Assembly (NCBI RefSeq): GCF_019457615.1
Contig: NZ_CP080414.1
Coordinates: forward strand, 3,632,237-3,664,236
Length of the DNA stretch: 32,000 nt
Direction: 5' to 3'
Origin: Shewanella zhangzhouensis
Lineage (GTDB): Bacteria; Pseudomonadota; Gammaproteobacteria; Enterobacterales; Shewanellaceae
Shown: piece after piece, positions 17,068 through 25,385 of the stretch
How the letters are laid out: each line of letters starts with the position of its first letter
Numbering within the stretch: position 1 is the stretch's first letter
Notes under the pieces: model-generated
Told to the model about the DNA's origin: nothing
The model's database searches: none
What the model saw: the letters and a program-made list of their open reading frames with translations, nothing else
Made by a program: the position numbers and the translations under genes

Positions 17068-18837
17068 TTACACCACAGCCTCAATCACATGGCTGCCTGC
17101 CAGTGTGCGGGCGCTGTAGCCACGGGCGCTTGCCTCGGTAAAGTCTTTCTCCAGAATGGACGAGACATAAATCCAGTCGCTGCGCACCTCGTCTTGGGTG
17201 AAGGTCAGCACCATAAAGCCCCTGTCCTTGAGGTTGGCGTACTTGAGATCATCCACCAGCCCCACCACGGCCGCTTCGGTGGCCGGAATTTGTTCGGCCG
17301 GCAATTGCAGGTAGTACTCAAGACCCGGAGACGACACTGAGCTGGTCGCAAACTCCACGCCAACGGCGGCGCCATTCACGTCCTTGAGTTCGTTGGCCCA
17401 GGCATTGTGGGTATCACCGGCCAGCACCACCAGGTTGGCATTCACCGACTTGGCGGTGCCCAGAATCACTTCACGCTCGTAGGCGTAACCGTCCCAGGCA
17501 TCCAGGTTGTAGGGAATGGATGGCAGTTGCAGCAGGGCTATCACTTCCGGCGTCAGCTTGTGCTGGTTGGCCGCAAGATACATCAGTTCTTCCTGAGTCA
17601 GGGTAGGGTCGCCCGCCTGAGCACGGGCGGCGAGCTGCGCCAGGCCAGCCAGCTCGGCAAACTGAGGTATAGACAGCTGCTGGGTGGCAATGGCCGCGGG
17701 CAGCAGCATCTTGCCCATCAACACCTGTTGGCCCAGTACCTGCCATTTGGCTTCGTTTGCCAGTAGCTTGCTTTGCAGCCACAGCAGCTGCAGTGCGCCC
17801 AGCATGGTTCGGCTGGTGCTGGTGACATCGGCCATAAAACTGGTGCCGTCGAAGGCGCCGGTGGCCGGGTCCAGGTAGGTTTCAAACTGCAGCTGCTCGT
17901 CACGGCCCAGCAAACGGGTGTCCAGCATGTGCAGGTCAACCAAATCGCCAAAGGCAAAGCTTCTGAAGATTTCTTCGTGGTTACCTTCGCGCCATGGGCG
18001 GATGGGCAGCCACTCAAAGTAGGCCTGCAGCGCCGCCTGTTTACGGGCCTCAAAGTCGCCCTCGCCATCGTTGTGGTTTTCAGCGCCATCGCGCCAGGCA
18101 TCGTTGCAGACCTCGTGGTCATCCCACACTGTGATAAAGGGCACCAGGGCATGGAGCTTTTGCAGGCTCTCATCGCCGCGGTACTGGGCATAACGGGTTC
18201 GGTAGTCATTCAGGCTCAGAAGTTCATGGGTTGGCAAGACTTCTCGGCCTAGAGCGGCCGCGTTTTCGCTGGCATAACCGCCACGGGGATATTCATAGAT
18301 GTAGTCGCCCAGATGCACCACGGCATCCAGCGAACCCTGGGCCGCTGCCAGCTCGTACACGTTAAAGTAACCGGCCGGGAAGTTGGCGCAGCTCATTACC
18401 GCCAGTTTCACCTGGGATACGGCGCCCTCCGGCAGGGTGCGGGTTTTGCCCACGGCCGAGGTTTTATCGCCGCACATAAAGCGGAAGTAATAGGTGCTGC
18501 CGGCAGCAAGGCCCATGGCATCCACCTTTACTGTGTAGTCCCTGTCTTTATTGGTCATGGTGCTGCCATCTGTCACCAACTCGTTGAAGTCGGCATCTTT
18601 GGCCACCTGCCAGGACACACTGAGGTCGGCATCGCCTGTGGGAGTCACCCGGGTCCAGATAATCACCGCGTCATGGGCCGGGTCGCCACTGGCAACACCG
18701 TGCATAAAGCTGACGGGCACAGATGGGGCATCATCATCGCTGCTGGAGCAGCCCATCAGGCCATAGGAGACCACTGCGGCACCAACGCCTTTGGCCGACA
18801 TGGCCAGGAAGTCACGACGTGAATAAGACCGTTTCAT
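17068..18837 (-). CDS. phoD: alkaline phosphatase D (PhoD family), Tat signal plus lipobox
   Basis: 589 aa. The twin-arginine signal is SRRDFLAMSAKGVGAAVV, followed by LMGCSS. Metallophosphatase motifs are HLGDYIYE and VWDDHE. AGGAA lies upstream of the ATG. Confidence 0.9.
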   Translation of the reverse strand: MKRSYSRRDFLAMSAKGVGAAVVSYGLMGCSSSDDDAPSVPVSFMHGVASGDPAHDAVIIWTRVTPTGDADLSVSWQVAKDADFNELVTDGSTMTNKDRDYTVKVDAMGLAAGSTYYFRFMCGDKTSAVGKTRTLPEGAVSQVKLAVMSCANFPAGYFNVYELAAAQGSLDAVVHLGDYIYEYPRGGYASENAAALGREVLPTHELLSLNDYRTRYAQYRGDESLQKLHALVPFITVWDDHEVCNDAWRDGAENHNDGEGDFEARKQAALQAYFEWLPIRPWREGNHEEIFRSFAFGDLVDLHMLDTRLLGRDEQLQFETYLDPATGAFDGTSFMADVTSTSRTMLGALQLLWLQSKLLANEAKWQVLGQQVLMGKMLLPAAIATQQLSIPQFAELAGLAQLAARAQAGDPTLTQEELMYLAANQHKLTPEVIALLQLPSIPYNLDAWDGYAYEREVILGTAKSVNANLVVLAGDTHNAWANELKDVNGAAVGVEFATSSVSSPGLEYYLQLPAEQIPATEAAVVGLVDDLKYANLKDRGFMVLTFTQDEVRSDWIYVSSILEKDFTEASARGYSARTLAGSHVIEAVV

Positions 18838-19036
18838 TATTATTATTCCTTTGGTTATATGAGAGGTATGAGGTCCAATGAGTCTTAGTTTGCAACATTA
18901 CTATTACACAAGCATGACGCCCTTGGTAGAGTTTTGCGGACTAGAACATTGAAAAACAACCAGTTAAACAGGATGCTATACTCCTGCTGACCGGATCTGC
19001 AGTGGATTAACCGGCAACGAGCCCATGGAGGACGCT

Positions 19037-19456
19037 ATGCAAGTCAAAGACATCATGACCCCCAACCCTGTCTGCATCAGCGAGGGTGCCAGCCTCAAGG
19101 ATGCACATCTGCTGATGCAATCCCGTGGGGTGCGCCACCTGCCGGTGGTGGGAGAACAGGATGGCCACTACAAGGGCATTCTTACCCACAAAAAAATGAT
19201 TTCGACTGTCGTCAGCCTGCTGAACAAGTATGGTCAGGGCGCCCTCGAGCGCAAGGAGCGGCAATATCTGGTGAGTGAGCTGATGGACAAAGACGCCCAG
19301 CGCCTGAGCGACGATGAGCCATTGGCCGTGGTGGTTGACTACTTTATAGAGAACAAGCTGGGTTGCCTGCCGGTGGTGGACGGCGAGCAAAAGGTGCAGG
19401 GGATAGTGACCTCCTCCGACTTTGTGAAGCTGTGCAAAACCCTGCTTTCAAAATAA
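19037..19456 (+). CDS. CBS domain pair protein
   Basis: MQVKDIMTPNPVCI...GVRHLPVV and a second CBS repeat ...LGCLPVVD..GIVTSSDF. GGAGGA lies 4 nt before the ATG at 19037. An alternative upstream ATG sits at 19025. Confidence 0.8.
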   Translation: MQVKDIMTPNPVCISEGASLKDAHLLMQSRGVRHLPVVGEQDGHYKGILTHKKMISTVVSLLNKYGQGALERKERQYLVSELMDKDAQRLSDDEPLAVVVDYFIENKLGCLPVVDGEQKVQGIVTSSDFVKLCKTLLSK

Positions 19457-19479
19457 AAAAAAGCCGGCGAAACGCCGGC
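19455..19479 (-). terminator. terminator of the lrgAB-like operon (shared convergent gap with the CBS gene)
   Basis: GCCGGCG-aaa-CGCCGGC. On the minus strand the hairpin is followed by TTTTTTTTATTTT. There is no T-run on the plus strand. Confidence 0.7.
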
Positions 19480-19504
19480 AAACACACGCAACAAAGGGAA
19501 AGGG

Positions 19505-20194
19505 TTATACGAGAAACAGAGCAAACACAGGCGCACCCAGTACCATGGCGATTCCGGTGAAAATCATGGTGAGGCTGGCAACCACGGCCTCTTCCTCACC
19601 GTACTCACGCGCCTTGGCAGCGCCGGCACCGTGAGCCGATGCCCCAAGGGCAACACCTCTGGCAAGGGATGAACGCACCCTGCCAAAACGAAACAGCGGC
19701 CCGCACAGCAACATACCCACCACACCTGTCATCAACACCACCATGGCCGTTAATTCGGGCACACCGCCAAAGGCCGTGGTGGCTTCCATGGCAAAGGGGG
19801 TAGAGACAGAACGCACCAATACGCTGTGGCCAATTTCAGGCGGCAGGGCAAAGAGTTTCACCAGCCCCCAGGACGACACCAGCCCCAACAACAAGCCGGC
19901 CATCACACCCAATGTGAGGGTGATGGGGTAGCGGCGGATAAGGGCCCGCTCACGGTAAATGGGCAGCGCAAAAGCGATGGTGGCAGGCCCCAGCAGGAGC
20001 ACCAGAAAATGGGTGTACTCGAAATAGCTGGGCAGCGGGATATCCAGCAGCAAGACAGCGGCAATAATCAGTAAGGGCGCCAGCAGAATAGGTGCAGCCC
20101 ACCAGTAGCCCAAGCGGCTATATAAACGCTTGGCACCGTAATAGCCCATCAGGGTAATCACTAAACTCAGCAGCGCCAGACTGGTATGACTCAT
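19505..20194 (-). CDS. lrgB: LrgB/CidB family membrane protein
   Basis: 229 aa and polytopic. Its start overlaps the upstream gene's stop (TAATG). Size, hydrophobicity and pairing with a holin-like gene are typical of LrgB. Confidence 0.8.
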   Translation of the reverse strand: MSHTSLALLSLVITLMGYYGAKRLYSRLGYWWAAPILLAPLLIIAAVLLLDIPLPSYFEYTHFLVLLLGPATIAFALPIYRERALIRRYPITLTLGVMAGLLLGLVSSWGLVKLFALPPEIGHSVLVRSVSTPFAMEATTAFGGVPELTAMVVLMTGVVGMLLCGPLFRFGRVRSSLARGVALGASAHGAGAAKAREYGEEEAVVASLTMIFTGIAMVLGAPVFALFLV

Positions 20195-20625
20195 TACAGG
20201 CGTCCTCCGGCGCGGGCCAGATGTAAGCCACGCTCAAACTTAAAGGCTTTATCCACCACCCAGCCGGTGCCCAACAGCACGGTCACACTGCCTGCCACCA
20301 AAAAGCCCAGCATGCGGGCGCCATATTGCTCAATCATGGCTTCATACTGAATGACTGAGATCACCGGCGGAATGAAAAACAGCAACAGGTCCCCCAGCAG
20401 CCAGGCCGCACCGGCCTGCAGGGCCTTTTCGGGCACCCACTTAAGCGACAAGAGCGCCAGCAATACACCGAGCCCCACCACGCCGCCGGGCACCGGCAGC
20501 GCAAGATACAGCACCAGCGCATGGGCGAGCCAGGCGAGCAAACAGATAGCCGCCGCCTGCAGCAGGGTCAGGCTGGCCCTTTTGGCACCGGTTTTGAGTC
20601 TGACTTTGCCTTCACTGAGGGTCAT
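20194..20625 (-). CDS. lrgA: CidA/LrgA family holin-like protein
   Basis: 143 aa with about 4 TM helices, immediately upstream of and coupled to the LrgB-like gene. Confidence 0.75.
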   Translation of the reverse strand: MTLSEGKVRLKTGAKRASLTLLQAAAICLLAWLAHALVLYLALPVPGGVVGLGVLLALLSLKWVPEKALQAGAAWLLGDLLLFFIPPVISVIQYEAMIEQYGARMLGFLVAGSVTVLLGTGWVVDKAFKFERGLHLARAGGRL

Positions 20626-20728
20626 GGTGGCTATCGCTGTGAAAAATGGAATGTGCTTAGTGTAGGTTTGCCATTTGAATAAAAAAAATGAATATTAAGC
20701 ATAGATATCATTACCAAAGGATATTCAA

Positions 20729-21637
20729 TTGGATCTCAGGGCCATCAGATACTTTATGGAGGTGGTGGATGCCGGTGGCTTTGCCAAGGCCTCCGAGAAG
20801 GTGCACCTCACCCAACCGGCGCTGTCAAAGGCGGTACGCCTGCTGGAAGAGAGCCTGGATCTCCAGCTTATCGAGCGGGGCAAGCGCGGGGTGCATTTAC
20901 GCCTCACCCCCGCCGGTGAAGTGGTCTATCGCCATGGTTTAGCCCTGCTGGCCACCCGTGATGACATGCTGGCCGAGCTTGAAGCCATGCGAAGCCTCAG
21001 GGGCGGTCGGCTTAAGTTTGGGCTGGCGCCCCTTGGCAGCGCCGAGCTGTTCGCCCCTGTCATCGCCCGCTTTCGCAGCCTCTATCCCAAGATTGATATG
21101 CAGCTGCTTGTGCGTGGCGGCATTGAGCAAACCAATGCGCTGCGCAAAGGCGAAATTGAGCTGGCCACCGGCATCACGGCGCTGGACAGCGAATTTGAAG
21201 GGCTGCGCATTCGCAAAGACCCCATGGTGGTGGTATTGCCCAAACAGCACAGGCTGGCGCACCGCCAGGAGCTGAGATTGCAGGAGCTGGCAGACACGGC
21301 GCAGATTTTGTTTGAGCGGGAATATGCCCTGCATCAGCTGGTGTTTGAGGCCTGTGAGCGGGCGGGCTTTATCCCCGCCAATGTCACCCGGGTAAGCCAT
21401 CCTGATTTTGGTATTGCTCTGGTGGCCGCCGGTACGGGTGCCATGATATTGCCAAGCTATATCGCCGAGCGCCACGCGGTGGCAGGCGTGATTGCCGTGC
21501 CACTGAAAGAAGCCGATCTGCACTGGGAGCTGTCGATCTTTTGGCGCAGAGGTCAGCCTCTGTCGTTTGCGGCAGAGGCCATGATAGCTCTGGTACGGGA
21601 GCGACTCTCTAACTCACCAGGGCAGGGTCAGATATAG
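20729..21637 (+). CDS. LysR-family transcriptional regulator, divergent from lrgAB
   Basis: The N-terminus MDLRAIRYFMEVVDAGGFAKASEKVHLTQPALSKAVRLLE is the canonical LysR HTH. TTG start with AGGA 8 nt upstream. An ATG-N9-CAT dyad (T-N11-A type) lies in the 103-bp divergent region. Confidence 0.85.
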   Translation: MDLRAIRYFMEVVDAGGFAKASEKVHLTQPALSKAVRLLEESLDLQLIERGKRGVHLRLTPAGEVVYRHGLALLATRDDMLAELEAMRSLRGGRLKFGLAPLGSAELFAPVIARFRSLYPKIDMQLLVRGGIEQTNALRKGEIELATGITALDSEFEGLRIRKDPMVVVLPKQHRLAHRQELRLQELADTAQILFEREYALHQLVFEACERAGFIPANVTRVSHPDFGIALVAAGTGAMILPSYIAERHAVAGVIAVPLKEADLHWELSIFWRRGQPLSFAAEAMIALVRERLSNSPGQGQI

Positions 21638-22429
21638 TCTGAACAAGCTGTCTGTATCCCAGGGGAGAATCGGCAAATACCGGTCGTCTTGTTTGGGGAG
21701 CAGATCGTAGTGATCCAGGTTGTACTGGTTTTGCTCGAAAGACAGGGTCATGACCGAGTTCGCCAGCAAACTATGGGTATCAACACTGAGCGATGCGCCG
21801 TAGCGGGTTTCCAGGCGCTCGCTGCCATCGGACCAATGGGTCGCGCTGGCCGACAGCGTCCAACCGGGCGCCAGCATCAGATAACCGCCACCACTGAGCA
21901 TCCAGGCGGTGGCATCGTTGCCGAAATCACCCCGCTGGTAGCCGCGCTCCTTGGGCACATCATCGTCAATTTCCAGAAAATAATAACCGATACCCGCTTC
22001 CAGATTGGCGCCAAATGCGGGCCTGTGATAGTCCAGCACCAGTGACGGATACAGGGTGATTTGTTTTTCGATGGAGCTGACAGTGTTCCTTTTACCGCTG
22101 AGGGTGGCTTGCCAATCGAGTCTTAAGTCTTCGCCCAGGGTAAACAGCTTGCCTCTGGCAAAGTAAGAGGATTGAAACCAGATGGGGATATGGTCCGGGT
22201 CGAGCTTGTCTTTGTCCCGGTCAAGGTAGGTGTTGAGGTTGGCGTGCAGCTTGATGCCGCCATCGGTGACCGTATCCAGACTGATGGCCGCATGGGCACC
22301 AAAGGTGTCTGAACTCTCCACCTGAAAATCATGTATACCGAAAGAGAGTCGCCAATCCAATGGCTCTGATTCGGCCTGCGCCACGGCACTGCCAAGCACG
22401 AGTGGCAGTAACAGCATAGATGTCTTCAT
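21614..22429 (-). CDS. outer-membrane beta-barrel protein (hypothetical)
   Basis: Signal peptide MKTSMLLLPLVLGSAVAQA, alternating beta-strand-like pattern and a terminal aromatic (LYLTLPW). The start is placed at the internal ATG with GGGGGA upstream. The 3' end overlaps the LysR 3' end by 24 bp. Confidence 0.6.
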   Translation of the reverse strand: MKTSMLLLPLVLGSAVAQAESEPLDWRLSFGIHDFQVESSDTFGAHAAISLDTVTDGGIKLHANLNTYLDRDKDKLDPDHIPIWFQSSYFARGKLFTLGEDLRLDWQATLSGKRNTVSSIEKQITLYPSLVLDYHRPAFGANLEAGIGYYFLEIDDDVPKERGYQRGDFGNDATAWMLSGGGYLMLAPGWTLSASATHWSDGSERLETRYGASLSVDTHSLLANSVMTLSFEQNQYNLDHYDLLPKQDDRYLPILPWDTDSLFRLYLTLPW

Positions 22430-22448
22430 CTTATCCCCCATCCAGGAT

Positions 22449-23177
22449 TCAGGCGGGACGCGGCAGGCGTCCTTCGCGAAAAAATGCTTCCACTTCATAG
22501 TATCGCGGCATATTCCCCCGGCCGCGTTCGGTAAAAGCGAGTCTGGCAGGCTCCAGCTGACAAATCCAGTAGCTCTGATCCAAAGGTGCGGACGCCATCA
22601 CACCCGGATCAGCCACCGCCAGGTTAACCCCTCCCGGTTCACGGGCCGAATAGCTGCGAATAAGCTGGCAGTCACGCTCAAGCAATTGCTGCCCCAGCGC
22701 CTGGGTAAAGCGGTAATCTTCACCGTGGGTCAGCTGTCGTTGCAGGGTATCATCAGCAATTCGGGTGAGGTCGGCGCAGCGCTTTGCACTGAGCAATACC
22801 CTGAACATCATGTGCTCCGAGTGCAGCACCCCCTGATAAGGCACAGCCATGTCCTGCAAGAAGACAAAGCGGTAATAGGCCACTTCGGTCAGACAGGTTT
22901 GCACCGACTCACTGCCATAAAAAAAGCTTGGCATCAGGCGGGTGCCAAAACGCGAGCCGTGCCTTAAGGGCGGATAACGAAAAGGGGTTTTCAGCAGATA
23001 GTGCAAATGGGCTGTGCCCTCCCGGTAAGGGGGTTTGGCACCATCCAGCAGGCTTTCCAGCAGCATTTGCTCGTCAAAATTATCCACCAGGCTCAGGGTA
23101 GCCGCCTCTTCCTGAGACTCCACCAACCGGTAGCAGCTGCCCTCATAGGGCACTTCGGGGATTGAAAGTAAGTCCAT
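22449..23177 (-). CDS. RES-domain toxin (RES-Xre / MbcT-ParT-type family)
   Basis: 242 aa. GSRFGT (Arg), CLTEVAYYRF (Glu) and a downstream Ser arrangement fit the RES domain. It directly abuts the antitoxin gene (TAAATG). Confidence 0.8.
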   Translation of the reverse strand: MDLLSIPEVPYEGSCYRLVESQEEAATLSLVDNFDEQMLLESLLDGAKPPYREGTAHLHYLLKTPFRYPPLRHGSRFGTRLMPSFFYGSESVQTCLTEVAYYRFVFLQDMAVPYQGVLHSEHMMFRVLLSAKRCADLTRIADDTLQRQLTHGEDYRFTQALGQQLLERDCQLIRSYSAREPGGVNLAVADPGVMASAPLDQSYWICQLEPARLAFTERGRGNMPRYYEVEAFFREGRLPRPA

Positions 23178-23540
23178 TTACACCTTGCCACGCATGGCAT
23201 CGAGGTATTGATTCACACTGACCAGGCCCACCACAGACTTGACCAGCTCCCGGGGTATGCCCCCAAGTGCATGGTTGGGACTGTTGAGCCAGTGGCGCAT
23301 AAAGTCCTGCTGCCCACCGGCCAGGGCATACAGCGAGCGGTACAAACGCACCAGCTGCAACTGCAACTCCCCTTGTTTTGACTCGGGTTTAAAGCCATTG
23401 GCAGCATTGCGGCTCAGGGTACTGGGGTTGACCCCTATGATATGGCTGGCTTCGGCATTGGTCAGTTCCAGCGCCTGACAGGCATTGGTAAAGGCCTTGA
23501 ATAAGACCCCGGATGCTGTGGGTTTGGCTATGGCAGACAT
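23178..23540 (-). CDS. Xre/MbcA/ParS-type antitoxin (DUF2384 C-terminal domain)
   Basis: 120 aa with an N-terminal HTH-like segment LTNAEASHIIGVNPSTLSR. The C-terminal segment WLNSPNHALGGIPRELV..GLVSVNQYLDAM is typical of DUF2384. Confidence 0.8.
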   Translation of the reverse strand: MSAIAKPTASGVLFKAFTNACQALELTNAEASHIIGVNPSTLSRNAANGFKPESKQGELQLQLVRLYRSLYALAGGQQDFMRHWLNSPNHALGGIPRELVKSVVGLVSVNQYLDAMRGKV

Positions 23541-23589
23541 AGTGGGCGCTCCTGACGGTCACTGAAGATATTTTAGCCAACAGATGAGC

Positions 23590-23628
23590 GCACTTGCAAA
23601 TAAAAGACAAGATACGTGCATTTGCAAT
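23590..23628. promoter_or_regulatory. candidate operator upstream of the antitoxin-toxin operon
   Basis: Two copies of GCAnTTGCAA (23590-23600 and 23618-23628). The TTGCAA core is itself palindromic, and TTGCAAAT / ATTTGCAA form an 8-bp inverted repeat 18 bp apart. Confidence 0.35.
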
Positions 23629-23782
23629 CAGCCAAGTCTGATATACCCAAATCATTCATGGATAAAAATCCGGTTATATTCAAAATATTTTTGAAACTAT
23701 AGTCAGCCAAAGCCGATTGTTTTTACGGTGTGCGCCATTAGAATGCCAGCCATATCCCCCAGCATTTTTCGCGGAGAATCCC

Positions 23783-24436
23783 ATGCAGGAATTAAGTTTG
23801 CTTGTGCAAAAGCGTCACACCAGCAAGGCGTTTGACCCATCCCGGACTATCAGCCCGGAGCAGATTGCCGAACTCAAAACCCTGTTGCAGTTTGCCCCTT
23901 CGTCCACCAACTCGCAGCCATGGCACTTTGTGCTGGCCTCCACTGCCGAAGGCAAGGCGACCATTGCCAAGTCCACCGAGCAGTTTGCCTTCAACACCCC
24001 CAAAATCCTCAATGCTTCCCATGTGGTGGTGCTCTGTACCAAGACCCAGATGGATGAGGATCACCTGCGCAAAGTTTTGGCTCAGGAAAAGGCCGATGGC
24101 CGTTTCGCCAGCGATGAAGCCATGCAAAATCAACACAATGGCCGCTCGTTCTTCGTCAATATGCACAGATACGAACTCAAAGACGCTCAGCACTGGATGG
24201 AAAAGCAAGTGTATCTGGCGTTGGGAACCCTGCTGTTGGGCGCGGCGGCACTGGAAATCGATGCCTGCCCCATTGAGGGTTTTGATGCCACAGCCCTGAA
24301 TAAGGAGCTTGGCCTCAGAGAGCAAGGCCTGTGCGCCTCTGTCATTGTGGCCCTAGGCTACCGCTCCGGCGATGATTTCAACGCGGGGCTGCCCAAGTCA
24401 CGCCTGCCCCAGGCTGACATCTTTACTGAGATCTGA
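23783..24436 (+). CDS. nfsB: oxygen-insensitive NAD(P)H nitroreductase
   Basis: KRHTSKAFD...LLQFAPSSTNSQPWHFVLAST closely follows the NfsB N-terminal pattern. 217 aa from the ATG at 23783, with GGAG 7 nt upstream. Confidence 0.85.
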   Translation: MQELSLLVQKRHTSKAFDPSRTISPEQIAELKTLLQFAPSSTNSQPWHFVLASTAEGKATIAKSTEQFAFNTPKILNASHVVVLCTKTQMDEDHLRKVLAQEKADGRFASDEAMQNQHNGRSFFVNMHRYELKDAQHWMEKQVYLALGTLLLGAAALEIDACPIEGFDATALNKELGLREQGLCASVIVALGYRSGDDFNAGLPKSRLPQADIFTEI

Positions 24437-24457
24437 CATCAAGCCCTGATGCCCGTC

Positions 24458-24486
24458 GCCCCGGCATATTCCTGTCCTGCCGGGGC
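24458..24486 (+). terminator. probable terminator of nfsB
   Basis: GCCCCGGCA-11 nt-TGCCGGGGC (9-bp stem) followed by a moderately T-rich tail (aacttctttgttc). Confidence 0.5.
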
Positions 24487-24575
24487 AACTTCTTTGTTCA
24501 TAATTAATTCGCATTTGTCATCCCGTCACCCTGTGGCATAGTGGTTTGAGTCACAATTCAGGATGAATCGCGCCT

Positions 24576-25226
24576 ATGCTGCTGCCACCGCTGGTTCCGT
24601 TAATCGATAACAATACAACCGAAGTATCAGCCCACAAAGGCGACAACCCCCTCATCTGGCCCCTGCTGAGTTTGCTGCAAAAGTCAGTTCAGGGATGGAA
24701 AGTCCACCACCTCGCCAGCGAACTCCAATCCCAGGGATTAATGCACGACCTGGACCCCGCCCCGGAAAAAGACCTCTTTAAACGCAATTTTCTACTGATG
24801 AATGCCCTGTTTGAACTGCAGGACATGCTGCTGCCCAATCAGTGGGTGCAAACCCAGGCCATGGATATTCGTATTCTGCGTCTCATCCCAAGCGACATCG
24901 ACCTTATTCAGCATCAGGAAGCCGGACTGAAGAGCTATTACCTCGACTGGGGCAATTACGACACCAGCACCAATGTGGTGCGCGAGATGCTTGAGTCTTT
25001 CTGGACCAGCTACAAGGACTACATCGGCATCAATGGCCGGGTGATGCACCTGACCCAGGCACTGCGGGTATTCGAACTCGATGCCAGCGCCAGTGACAGA
25101 GACATTCGCCGTCAATGGCGCAAACTGGCGCTGAAATGGCACCCCGACAGACAGGGCGGCGATGCTGCGCGATTCAGGGAAGTGTGTGAGGCCTGGCAGG
25201 CGCTCAGGGTGCGGGAGTCGGCCTAG
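24576..25226 (+). CDS. DNA-J-related protein with C-terminal J domain
   Basis: The C-terminus DIRRQWRKLALKWHPDRQGGDAARFREVCEAWQAL contains the HPD tripeptide. The N-terminal region is uncharacterised. Confidence 0.75.
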   Translation: MLLPPLVPLIDNNTTEVSAHKGDNPLIWPLLSLLQKSVQGWKVHHLASELQSQGLMHDLDPAPEKDLFKRNFLLMNALFELQDMLLPNQWVQTQAMDIRILRLIPSDIDLIQHQEAGLKSYYLDWGNYDTSTNVVREMLESFWTSYKDYIGINGRVMHLTQALRVFELDASASDRDIRRQWRKLALKWHPDRQGGDAARFREVCEAWQALRVRESA

Positions 25227-25385
25227 TCACCCTCAAGCCATGCCAATTCGTTGAAGTTAAGGACAGATCACAGTTACACACGGGCTTTTGCCCCGGGATT
25301 CAGAGATAATTAAGCCTTTCCTTTCAAACTGTTTTACCTGAACTTTCCAGTTTGAAACTTAAAACGCCTGATACCCGGAGCCATT

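Noticed and set aside
17407-18822. Several 60-170-aa ORFs on both strands within phoD
   Set aside because: All are nested in or antisense to the PhoD gene, which has Tat and metallophosphatase motifs.
18838-19024. Pho box upstream of phoD
   Set aside because: I found only loose GTCAT/GTGTAA/AATGTT-like elements with roughly 11-bp spacing, which is not a convincing match to the CTGTCAT-N4-CTGTCAT consensus. A PhoB motif scan would be needed.
20939-21523. 194-aa ORF antisense to the LysR regulator
   Set aside because: The LysR frame has a canonical HTH and a full-length effector domain, so the antisense ORF is a composition artefact.
23792-24325. 177-aa minus-strand ORF and 165-aa alternative-frame ORF within nfsB
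   Set aside because: The nfsB frame matches the nitroreductase N-terminal signature closely. The alternatives are Pro/Arg/Ser-rich shadows.
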